NCBI GenBank assembly: GCA_001938485.1 | Contig: MQRK01213816.1 | Location: 1 to 64,000, forward strand | DNA from: Girardia tigrina | Lineage: Eukaryota | Length of the DNA: 64,000 nucleotides | Direction of reading: 5' to 3' | Shown here: positions 37,926 to 49,789 of the stretch, piece after piece | Numbering within the stretch: the stretch's first letter is position 1 | Layout: each line of letters opens with the position of its first letter | Translations under genes and position numbers: made by a program | Notes under the pieces: model-generated | Told to the model about the DNA's origin: nothing | Database searches by the model: none | Seen by the model: the letters and a program-made list of their open reading frames with translations, nothing else

Positions 37926-38077
37926 CTTCCTTACTATTGTTGGGCTTTTATTATCTTTTTTATGTATTATTTCTTTTTTTTATTATAAACCCAACAAATT
38001 ATTTTGATACGAACATCATGTTTCAGCTTTATGAAATCATCAGTTCTTAAATCTAATCAACTGCAATTGTTTATATA

Positions 38078-39357
38078 TTGGGTTGAGGAATAAGTTCCTG
38101 CCGTTTTTTGAAAAATTACAATTTTATTTTTTAACAAAAAAGTTACTACAAATTAATCACAAATATAATCTCCGCCGTTGTTCACGACTTCTTCCCAACG
38201 TTCAGCGAGTTTTTCAATGCCTCTTTGGTAGAAATCGCTCGGTCTTGACTCGAAGAATTCAGCCAACCAAACTTGCAGTTCTCCATCATTGTTGAACGAA
38301 ACACCACGCAAAGCGTTAGAAAGCGAACGGAAAAGATGAAAATCAGATGGAGCCAAGTCAGGTGAATACGGAGGGTGCGGTAACACCTCCTAACCAAGCG
38401 TTTGAATGACTTTTTTTTGTCATTTTGGCAATATGATGACGTGCATTGTCGTGTTGCAAAATAACGCCATGTTGTCGATCCGGGATGTTTTTGTCTTATA
38501 GCGGCGTTGAGTCTATGCAGCTGTTGAACATAAATTTCTGCGTTCACTGTTTGGTTTCGAGGAAGCAATTCATAATGAATAATTCATTCACAACCCCACC
38601 AAACGCATAGCATTGTCTTCGTGGATGAAGATCCTGTTTTGCTCGCGATGTCGATTGTTCTTCTCGGCTCCGCCATTCTTTGCGCTGTTTCATGTTGACG
38701 TACAGGCACCATTTTTCATCACCCGTTACAATTCGATAAAGAAATTGTTGCTTATGACCGTGAGTAGAGCGATGACGAAATTGTGGAGCGCTGGTTTTCG
38801 TTGTTTTCGGTCAAAAGATGCGGGACCCAAGCTCCCATTTTTTGAACTTTTCTTATTGATTTCAGGTGGTTCACGACAGTTTCTTTGATCACAATCCATT
38901 TGTTCTGCCAATTCTAGAGTGGTTTGGCGGCATCTTCAGGCAAAAGTTTGTTCAAACGCTCTTCATCGAATTCATTTGGTCGTCCTGAATGAGGTGCATC
39001 CTTGAGGTCAAAATTGCCAATTTTAAATTTTGTGAACCACTCACGAGCGGTTCTATCAACTATAGCACCTTCTCCGTATACAGCACAAAGCTCTCGGGCA
39101 GCGTCTGCGGCTTTGGCGCCTCGATTATACGCAAACAATAGATGGTGTCGGAAATGCTCATTTTTGTCGACTTGACACTCCATTTCAATGGTCTAAAAAT
39201 CGACAAAAATTAATTTGAATAAAAAAACAAAATACACATTTTTTGGAGCAAAACAATAGCTTTCAAAATAACATATAACATTACATAAAAAAATTTGATT
39301 TAAATATTAAATTGATTAAAAATTCAAAAAACGGCGGGAACTTATTCATCAACCTAA
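38078..39357 (-). mobile_element. Full-length mariner element (1280 bp), frameshifted D,D34D-type transposase
   Basis: TIRs TT(G/A)GGTTGA(G/T)GAATAAGTTCC(T/C)GCCGTTTTT with TA on both sides; MECQVDKNEHFRH..., HDNAR, HPPYSPDLAPSDFHLFRSL, NNGGDYI. Confidence 0.95.
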
Positions 39358-39359
39358 TA

Positions 39360-39900
39360 GTTAGAAAACCATTACGTGATTCATGTCTTAAGTAAAAATA
39401 CTTATTATGATTGGAGAAATCACTTTGCATGTTTAAACTAAGTTTCAAAAACTTAATTAACACTGCCTCATTAATTATCCTTTTATTATTATAATCAAAA
39501 TTATTAATTAAAACCCGAAAATCACTGTCATGTCCTTTTCTACAATTTCCATGACACTTCATCATAATTCATATTTGAGCTATTTCTATGAGCTATTTCT
39601 AATGAGCTATTTCATTTGAGTATGTTCAGTAAGTTGACGATGTGTCTTTCAAATGTGCAGGTGTTCACAATTGTGATATTTATATTGATAAACTATATAA
39701 CATTTCATACTAAATTGTGTTGTAGCTTTCTAGAAAAATAGTTGGAGATTTTATTAGTTGAAAATAGTATCTTAATTATAACTCCTTGCAGAACATGTTT
39801 CTCCACGACACGTGTCCAACTCATTTAAAATTTCGGTAAATGGACATTTTAAATTTGCTTTTGCCTTATCATTCACTTCTTATGTTACATTAGTTATACG
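39360..39900 (-). mobile_element. Penelope GIY-YIG fragment; its pLTR continues at ~37990-38077 beyond the mariner
   Basis: YQYKYHNCEH, FRVL..NFD..KRIINEAVLIK..LNMQSDFSNH; homologous to 2700-3094. Confidence 0.75.
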
Positions 39901-41365
39901 GTTGGTATTATTTTACTTTAAATAAATTGCATCAATTTTATTTTTAATGACGTTATTTAAAATCTTTTTTATGATAAGATGCCTGAAGTTTATTCTTCTG
40001 TAAAACAACATCCATGATGCATTCACTGTATTTTACATATTTTCTACAAAATAAAAAAATAATAATTGAATAAAAATTAAATTAAAAAAAAATAATAAAA
40101 ATAATTCCAATCAAATTCCTAAATTTCATCATCATGAATTATTTTATTTTTACAAAAACTATATTTTTTGCAAATTTCAATAAATAAATCTGATAATGAT
40201 AATAAATCATTTGACAACAATAATTACATTGTAAGAAATCCAATGAAATTAAATTATTCCTCAACAAATATTATTAATTAAATTGAAATCAGACAGATTT
40301 TATGTTTTTTTTCTATCATTTATTTGTTTATTTTTTTCCTTTTTTCTGTAAAAAAAATTAAAAAAATATCAATCATACATAATTGAAAGTTTGAAGATAT
40401 ATTAAACTGATTTATATAAAAAAACATTTATAAAGATATTTTTTATAATTATTAAAAATTACAGAAAGCAGAAAAATTATTTTTTTATTTTTTTATCTGG
40501 TAAAAGATTGTATTATTCACCCGATATTTGGTTCACGGAAATGCCATTATCCCCTTCCACACAGCCCGGAGACTTCTCCTCAAATCTCGAGACATTTGTC
40601 CTCGGCTATCCACCCCACCTCTCTGAATAATATTAATTTGCTCAACAGGGAACTCTTTAATATCATAATTTCAACTATTTCCGTTTAAATTAAACCGTCA
40701 ATCTTTATGAAAAAAATAATATAAATAAATAAATAAACACGATTATTTCTTTGTTTCTCTCTATGATTAAAATCTGATCTTCACTTAATTAATTTTCTTT
40801 AAACTTTTTTTTCGTTTTTTTAAAAAAAATATAATGATAATAAGTAATCAATCAATAAAAATTGTCTCATCTACCACAAATAAATGTCCGTCAATATCCA
40901 TTAGTTCGCCCATCAGAATGTTTCCCATTAGAAGACCGTGCCAATTAAACCACAGCTGACATTTTACAAATGCCATTCTGCTTTCATGATATTTTCATGA
41001 AACTATTTTATTTTATTTTAATTTATAATTTATAATTATCATTTATTATTTCTTTAGGAAAATTTTGTTGTTTTTGTTTGTTTTTTTATATTATTTTTAT
41101 TTTTTTATTATTATTTTATTAACTATATCATTTTTCTCAAGTGAAAATAAAAAAGAAAATAAATCAAATTATTTTTTTATAATAAATTTGCAAAAAAATA
41201 AAATTTTATTTTTTGACTTTTTTAAATATAAAATTAAATAAAAATTTTTTTCAAGAAATATAAATATTAAAATATTTTTCAATTAGTAATTTATAACGTT
41301 TATGTTGAATTAATATATATTTATATAAATTTTGGATTTTAATTAATAAGAATAAAATGAATATA

Positions 41366-41402
<37 letters not shown>

Positions 41403-42101
41403 NNNNNNNNNNNNNNNNNNNNNNNNNNNNNNNNNNNNNNNNNNNNNNNNNNNNNNNNNNNNNNNNNNNNNNNNNNNNNNNNNNNNNNNNNNNNNNNNNN
41501 NNNNNNNNNNNNNNNNNNNNNNNNNNNNNNNNNNNNNNNNNNNNNNNNNNNNNNNNNNNNNNNNNNNNNNNNNNNNNNNNNNNNNNNNNNNNNNNNNNNN
41601 NNNNNNNNNNNNNNNNNNNNNNNNNNNNNNNNNNNNNNNNNNNNNNNNNNNNNNNNNNNNNNNNNNNNNNNNNNNNNNNNNNNNNNNNNNNNNNNNNNNN
41701 NNNNNNNNNNNNNNNNNNNNNNNNNNNNNNNNNNNNNNNNNNNNNNNNNNNNNNNNNNNNNNNNNNNNNNNNNNNNNNNNNNNNNNNNNNNNNNNNNNNN
41801 NNNNNNNNNNNNNNNNNNNNNNNNNNNNNNNNNNNNNNNNNNNNNNNNNNNNNNNNNNNNNNNNNNNNNNNNNNNNNNNNNNNNNNNNNNNNNNNNNNNN
41901 NNNNNNNNNNNNNNNNNNNNNNNNNNNNNNNNNNNNNNNNNNNNNNNNNNNNNNNNNNNNNNNNNNNNNNNNNNNNNNNNNNNNNNNNNNNNNNNNNNNN
42001 NNNNNNNNNNNNNNNNNNNNNNNNNNNNNNNNNNNNNNNNNNNNNNNNNNNNNNNNNNNNNNNNNNNNNNNNNNNNNNNNNNNNNNNNNNNNNNNNNNNN
42101 N
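41403..42101. other. Assembly gap (others: 28436-28485, 52179-53072, 57638-57753)
   Basis: N runs; ORFs spanning them are artefacts. Confidence 0.99.
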
Positions 42102-42149
42102 AAACGCGTCGTCTTGTTTTTATCCCTATTATATAGATTTTACTTTGCA

Positions 42150-42189
<40 letters not shown>

Positions 42190-42943
42190 CAGATAATGAC
42201 TTTTTGTACCTAAATTTATTCATTTTCTTATTTTTCCACAAATGTAGAAACTCAACGCGCGTTTTGCATACATTTTACTAAACCCAAGGTTTATGTTTCA
42301 TTTTCAGAGGGTAACCGAAGTAATTCATGTTAGCTTCTTTTACAAACGTTGTCGTGTTTAAACGGTATTCTTTAAACATATATTCTGCACAAATGAAACA
42401 AAAATGATTCAGATTATTCACACAAACTCGTATTGACGATGCCATATCAAATTATACTAAGAAAACTGCAAAAAAGGTAATTATCAGCAATTCAACACTA
42501 TAAAACTATGAATTTTAATTGAACGCTATGTCATAAACAAGAGATGTTACAAAACAAATGAGGGTATTTTTAGAATCAGCGACCTCAAATTAGTGTAAAA
42601 TCACGTAATAAAAGTCATTTATCAGATACTTTCCATTTTGTTGTACAGTATGATTTTTAGATAAATATTTTAAAACAATATAAATAAAGTTTAAAAACAT
42701 AAATATTTGTCAATTATCTAACATTGATATTAAAGGTTTACCAATAACATCAAAAAAGGTTGAGGTTTATGGAGGTTTGATTATTGGATAGCGACATTTT
42801 GGATGTTCTATAGAGAAAAAATTCTCTTCGACTACCAGATCATCAATATTCTCGGCAGGTATTATGAACAGCAACCGTTAACTACCAACTGATTGGCTCC
42901 CAGCGATATATTTTTCCATATGTCCAATTTATATTCATACTCC

Positions 42944-43060
42944 AAGAACCTTAAAAATAAATTTTATAAATAAAGAACCTTATAAAGAACTAACCTTATA
43001 AACTTATAATCTTATTAAGAACCTTATAGACCTTATAAACCTTATAAAGAACCTTGAAAA
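42944..43060. repeat. AACCTTATAA minisatellite
   Basis: About eight degenerate copies. Confidence 0.7.
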
Positions 43061-43193
43061 TAAATCACGAAAACTGACTATGGAAAAATTTATTTTTCTT
43101 GTAATTAACAACTAGATGAGAAAAAACGTTCTGAACAAATAAAAAATTCAAACGAATTTATAGTTTTTCAAAACTTTTCACACAAAATTCAAC

Positions 43194-43582
43194 ATGACTG
43201 GACTTTGGGTCAACTGTTTCGGCAACAAAGTCCAAATCGATCAAGTAAGTTTTTCTATCAAATAAAATAATTATATTTTCATTTTAGATCAACAAATATG
43301 GCAAATCAGATAAATAAAGTAAGTTGTTGTATCAAAATAATAATAGTTTGTTTTTAATTTCAGATTTCAAATGATCAAAGGTCAGATCAATTATGTTAGT
43401 TTTTAATCAAATAATATAAATAATCATATTTTTATTTCAGATCAAAGTCTAAAATCAATAAAGGTCCCAATTATTTAATGATCATTTTATTTTAAGATCT
43501 TCATCAGCCTCAGGGCTCGAATCGGAGTTTCTGAATCGGAGAAACTCCTTGATCCCAACATCCATGTGAGGAAGGAATAGGA
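43194..43582 (+). other. Candidate small spliced gene with micro-exons
   Basis: Introns 43245-43287 (GTAAGT..TTTTAG), 43319-43363 (GTAAGT..TTTCAG) and 43395-43440 (GTTAGT..TTTCAG) separate two 31-nt exons; a fourth acceptor lies at 43496. Reading frame unresolved. Confidence 0.55.
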
Positions 43583-45844
43583 AATTTTGAATCTTCATAG
43601 TGTAATTACTGGTTAGTTTCCAGTAATTTATTATGAAATCATTAATCGATTTTAATATCATATTAATATTAATATATAATATTTTAACTTATACATAAAT
43701 ATATTTATCATTTATTCCTCCGAAATCTGAAAATTCAATCAAAATTATTGGATACGCATAAACACTGAATCTATATGTTCCATAAATTTATAAATTTGTT
43801 ACTTTACTCAGCAATTCGATATACTTTTTCATCGAGATAAAAACTGAAATAGGTTCAGTCAATTCAACTCTCTTGAAAACTCATTACTGTCAGTCTAACG
43901 TTTTCTTATACATACATATGATACTTGATACTGTATTTATTATTAATATTTGTATTGTTTAACAAATTTTACGGTAAACACTAAAAAAAATTTATTAATT
44001 TTCTTTAATAATTTTAATGAAAAAATTAAGTTAATTATTTGAAAAATAAATTTAATCTATTTTTTTAATTTAAAAGATTTTTTAAAATTATATATATATA
44101 TATATATATATTGTTATAAGAAAATAATATAAATAATAATAACGTAGAAAAGTATGATCCTTTCTGAACAAGTTGTCTGTCTCTTCTCTTCGAACAAAAC
44201 ATAAAAAGAAGATGTTTAAGTTTCTGTGATATATTAATTGGTTAAAGATAGAATAATGAGTTAATAATATAAATTATTTTTGTTTCGTTTGTGATTTTTC
44301 TTTACAAAACAATAAATATGTAAATGATAATTATTTATTTTAATGAAATAAGCATCGTTTTAGTAATTATTCTTTTCCTCAAACTTTGCCCGGAGGTGCC
44401 AGATTCTTTTGAACTGAATCCGTTGACTTTATTTTGCAAATAAAAATATTTAAATTTCTTAGTAATTCGTTTTTTATATTTGATAAAATAGAAATATTAG
44501 ATTTATTTCTCGACAGAAATTAACAAAAAAAATATTTATGTTTCGAGAATTTGTTTAATTTCTTTCGATGTGACACAAATGCGTTTGGAAATCAAACAAA
44601 AATTGTTTTTTTTATTCAATAAATATTTAATATTTTTATAAAATTAAAATTTATTTATAAATTCATTTTTTTAGCCGAAAGACATTTTTTTCTGATTTTG
44701 ACAAATATTGATTGATATTAATTAAACATTATCATATTGTTTCAAGAGTGAGTTGAAATGGGGGGGGTTGATTAATTAATAAAATTTAAATTTATTTTTA
44801 ATATTTTATATTTTTACGAAATAATAATAAAAAGAAGCCAATATAAGTTTTTATTTTTATAAAATATTTTTTGTTTGGATATATGGTTATTTTGAAATCT
44901 ATTTTATAATTTAATATTTTTTAATGTTATTAAAGTTTTTAAATATGTGTTATTGATGGAAAATATTTTTTACTAGAATAATTATTTGATTTATTTATCC
45001 TATACCCAAAAGGAAGAGGAAAGAGAATGTATAAAGAAAAGTCAACCGCTTAAGTCAAACACAAGTCAAATGCATATAATACGCGACCAACGGCTGTTAT
45101 GACCACCATCTGCGTTTTACGGAGTTTGATTTAATTATTTAATTTTGTATTTGTTAATTTCACTAATATCGGAAGAAATTTGGTATTTGTTGATGAAATG
45201 TGAAATATATATAAAATTATATGGTTCATTTATGGTTCATTTGTTATTTTAATTACCTGTGATGTTGAATATCATGTTGCAGTGTGGCGATGTTTCCCCG
45301 TGTGAAGTCTTAACAAACATTCCCATATAACTAAAAGCACATCAGAGTTAATGATTCGGTTAGGTATATCCCAGACTTTAACATTTTTTTTCAACCCCAA
45401 CACAAACACTTTTGCTAGATTGATTAAAAATAATTGTGTGACAAATTAATTTGTTTAAAGTGAATTGTTGGATATATTATTTTCTTATTTGACAAATAAC
45501 AAAATGATAAATTTAAACAATTTAATAGAATAACTATTTGTTTTTTTCTTAACCATAAAAGACCTTTGCTAATCAATTAATTAGCATTTCATTCCCTCGT
45601 TCAATCTGTACTTGTGATTGTGGATGACGAACTCTTCCAAAAACCGAAAAAAACATTCCAGTCGTCATACAGGGCTTTTAAGTAAGAGACTTTAAACTCT
45701 TTCATTTTGTCCTTTTAGACAAAGGAAGGGGAGTCTCTTATTAAAAAATTAGAGTTTGCATTGAATTTTTAACCTAAAAATTCATAAATTATTTTTTTAA
45801 TTTAAAATTTTTACCTCCTCTACATTTTAGCACCTAAAATAATC

Positions 45845-46300
45845 ACTTGCGCAATGGTCAATTGGCTTTGAAGTATGGTCTTCCAACGAGCGCTGTAGCT
45901 ACAATCTTGAAAATGAAAGATAAAATTAAAGAATATTGGCACAGGTTCAACAAGAAAGCATCTAACATCGATGAGACCTCTGGATAAAGCTCTATCAATG
46001 TGGTTTAATTAAAAGGGCGTCTTGAATGTGCCAATTAGTGGGCCTCTATTGGTCGAGAAGACACGGTAAATTGCACGCGAACTCGGCATGAAGGCCTTCA
46101 AGCCAGTAACGGTTTCAACGACCGTTTTAAAAAGAAACATTTTGTAGTCTTTAAAGCTGAACAAGGAGAAGCAGAGGCTGTCGATGAAGATGTGGTTTAT
46201 TGATGGAAAGTAATTATTCTTCCTTCTTTACTTCAACGCTATTCTACTGCAGATATGTACAATGCTGACGAATCAACTCTTTTTTATGAATGCATACCGC
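45845..46300 (+). mobile_element. Tigger/pogo transposase N-terminal fragment (CENP-B HTH)
   Basis: TILKMKDKI, DKALSMWF, VPISGPLLVEK, ASNGFNDRFKK, QGEA, YNADESTLFY. Confidence 0.8.
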
Positions 46301-47819
46301 AAATTTTGAAGGTTATAGGCGTTTCTGTAGCTTTGAAAGATACTCTTAGCATATATGAAACAAAATATAATCAAATAAAAATGTTTCATCAAGGTCTTCA
46401 TTAAATTTTCCATCGCTTCATGAAATGTATAATTTTATCACTTTATTAACAAATATTATAAATTACATCGTAAATCGCACTATAAGATTATTATTATTGT
46501 AAAACTACTTATTTACCAGTCAAAAATGAAAGGTCGATAAGTTGTTTTATCTAATGTGATATGTACTAGGCTAACCGAATTAGCGAATTAGGTGAACCTA
46601 GTGTTGGTTAAACAAATAACGTTTGAACAATTATACAATGTATTCTACTCACTGAACTAACTACAAAAAAAACATAATATTTACCAGCATAAACTAACCA
46701 CAAATTAATGTATGAATAAATGCTCAGCGTCAACTAAGTGAAAGAGATAATGATTCTTCCGTATGTTAGTTAATCGACAATTAACAGTATACATGACAAT
46801 TATTTTGTTTATAGATGATTGAGTTCGTTGTTTGATGATGGAGTTCGCACCTTGACTTGAATGAGGAGATTGATAATAAAATTTGTGACGCAATCCAATA
46901 TAGCTAAATTTGCTTTCTTTAAATTCTTTCTTCAGCAAATTCTGTGACAGCAAATATTGCCAAATAATAATAATGAGTATTGCAATTTATGAATTTAATT
47001 TCTGTCAATTTTATTGATTGTAATTTTAAATTCATAAATTGCTAATAGCAATTCATTTTCTCTTATATATAATTAAAAATTAATCTTCGGCCTTTTCTTT
47101 CTGTGTCCATTTTGTCTTTTCTCCTTTCTTTTGATCTCTGCTCTTCACTGAAACTTTAGACCTCTTATATATAAAAAATGAAAATAAAAAAACGTAATAC
47201 GATTAAAAAAATTGTACATAAAAGCCAGTGTATATGATAAAAAAATATTCGCTACTGTAAAAAAAAATAAAAAGGCAAATGTATACACATGGCATTATAT
47301 GTGTTACACATGAATAAATAAAAAAATATATAATGATAACAATACATAAACATCATCCGACTTCTATAATATTACAATTATTATTATTATCATTATTGAT
47401 ATTATTATTAATAATATTATTATTATTGTTATTATTATTATTAAACCGTATTTCTTATTTACAATTTTATAAATTTATTAAAGTATAAATATCTAATAAT
47501 TTATTTTCAGTTAAATATAAATTTATATTATTAAAATGCTCTTTCTGTCGGCAACGATCAAAGAAATGAGATTTATCTTTTTAGACCGATAAACATTTTA
47601 AATTTTCACTTAATTTCAACAATATCCGGATTCAAAATTTGAATTTTCAAATGTTTAACTTTATCCTTGATAGAATAGTAACAATAAAAATACTTATGCT
47701 TGTAAAATTAACAAATTAATTCAAAAATATTTTCTATTTTTGTAATAAGAAGTGAGAAATTGTATTAATCAACTTTAATAAATTAATAATCAATTTAAAA
47801 AGTTGTACTATTTGAAAAC

Positions 47820-48460
47820 ATTCACATTCTAGTACTCAAATCTCCGAATCAAGCATTTATTCGCACACACATTCATACATACATTCAGACAGAGATCTGC
47901 ATTGATTTCCTAATGAAGCAAACTGATCCCCTTTCCTTGTAATCCTAAAGGAATAAATAGTGTTTAGCTAAAGGAAATGTAGAAATAACAGGTCTGTGAT
48001 GCCCTTAGATATCCGGGGCCGCACACGCGCTACAATGGCACTACCAGCGAGTTTTATTCCTAGCTAGAAATGGCCGGGTAACCTGCTGAATCACTGTCGT
48101 GTCAAGAATAGTGGATTATCCCACTTGAACGAAGAATTCCTAGTAAGCACAAATCACTAGCTTGCGCTAATTACGTCCCTGTCCTTTGCACACACCACCC
48201 GGCGCATTCCTTGTAATCGGACATCCTCCTTTCCCAGTTCGTCTAAAATCTCCTTTTACCTCTAGAATAAACTCTTTCGTCAGATATTTTTGATCTCCTG
48301 TAAATTTCATCATTCCGTTTGTCTAACTCAGTTAATAATTGTTTCTTATTAATATATGTCGACCGTTTTCTATATCTTTGATTGGTATTATTTATCCTGT
48401 CGTTCAAAGGATTTATTTTATTTTCCCATTGCCGTTTGCCACGTTCTTTAAGCATATTTA
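47820..48460 (-). mobile_element. LTR retroelement 3' end (pol tail, PPT, 3' LTR) hosting the 18S fragment
   Basis: Minus strand GGGAAAGGAGGA polypurine tract immediately followed by TGT at 48223; AATAAA downstream. Confidence 0.5.
47945..48206 (+). pseudogene. 18S rRNA: 18S rRNA 3'-region fragment (rRNA pseudogene) with 12-bp TSD
   Basis: AATAACAGGTCTGTGATGCCCTTAGAT..CCGGGGCCGCAC.CGCGCTACAATG ... GAATTCCTAGTAAG ... ATTACGTCCCTG.CCTTTG.ACACACC.CCCG, with substitutions at conserved sites; TTCCTTGTAATC at 47933-47944 and 48207-48218. Confidence 0.92.
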
Positions 48461-48939
48461 GGTTTTCGTAACATTTTGTTTGTGATGATTATTTTAAATT
48501 TGGTATATTGAATTTTGCATGTTGAGTTCAGTATTTGGAAATGTGTTTCTCCCACCCAGATGGAAAATTTATATTTTGGATGTTCGCGATGAATAATTAT
48601 TCGAGTATAATTTGCATTTTAAATTTCAACATAATATATTAAAAAAACTTTAAAAATATTAAATTGTTTAAAATTTGAATATGAAATAATTTTATTAATG
48701 TAAATAATTTTTAACTTATTTTTAAATTCAATAAATAAATGTTTTTCATTAGATAAAATCATTTTTAAATTAAATTAATTTTTAAATCAAATTATTAACC
48801 AAATTATAAAAGTAGAATTTATAAAAATAAAATCTGAAAATGATTTAAAATGAAAATTTGTTCGAATAATTGTACAATAACGAGACACAAATAAAAAGTT
48901 ATCAATTTATCAAAAGTTATCAATTATCAATAAAAAGTT

Positions 48940-49500
48940 ATCCCTCTGGCTTTTATGAGTAATTTTATACGCTTTGGCATTGATTCCACCAACTTTTGAC
49001 GATTATCTTTGATTTTTGGATCATTGTGCCAAACATCAAAAACTACTTTTGAAACGTTTTCTAAGGTGGTGCAATGCATTTTCCTCTGAAAAAAATGTTT
49101 TTGAAATTGACCCTAAATTCTCTATAAAATTGATGACAGATGAATTACCGAGCCAATCTAAACAATCAACGCCATTGTCAGCAAAAAATTTACTCACCAT
49201 CTTAGAAGAATGGCATATGACAAGGTCTAGCTGAAAAACTGGATTTTGCACTTGTATTCTCAACAACTCTGGAATCACTGCATCATGCAAAACTTTGATA
49301 TTTGTTAAACTGTTCATCATCCCCTGAACAGGAACTTATGATCCGAGGCAAGAAAATGAGAACAGCAGGAGAAAGTAGCTCTCCATTGTTTCTGCGGATA
49401 AACTGATAACGTTAACAAAAAAGGGACTTTCGTCAGAAAATAAAACTCATTTCCAATCCTCAACAATCCATAATTTTTAATTCATGGAATTTAGAAACCT
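48940..49500 (-). mobile_element. Degraded Tc1 transposase
   Basis: DWK*VLFSDES, FQLD...CHSSK, WLGNSSVINFIENL, LVESMPKRI. Confidence 0.75.
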
Positions 49501-49744
49501 ATTTTTGAAGACTTTTTACTCAAACAATTTTCTTCAAACTTTTCACAATTACTCATTTTCAATGACAATAAATGATAATGTGAAAATTTGATCAAACTAG
49601 TAATTCAAAAAAAATTGAAAATTGATAGAGATAGACATTAAATTGTAATTAAATGACGCACGATAAAAATAAAACTATGATATTTATAAATGTAGTTGCA
49701 TTTTATATTATTTATCTATATATTTATGTATTTATATTATAAGC

Positions 49745-49789
<45 letters not shown>

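Noticed and set aside
40510-41000. GC-richer exon-like blocks on the minus strand
   Set aside because: No consistent spliced frame and no recognisable homology.
41251-42150. Long ORFs of 259-321 aa here and at 52168-53133
   Set aside because: Artefacts of N-gaps and TA repeats.
47945-48206. Functional rDNA locus
   Set aside because: Only 262 bp, mutated at conserved positions, with no ITS, 5.8S or 28S neighbours.
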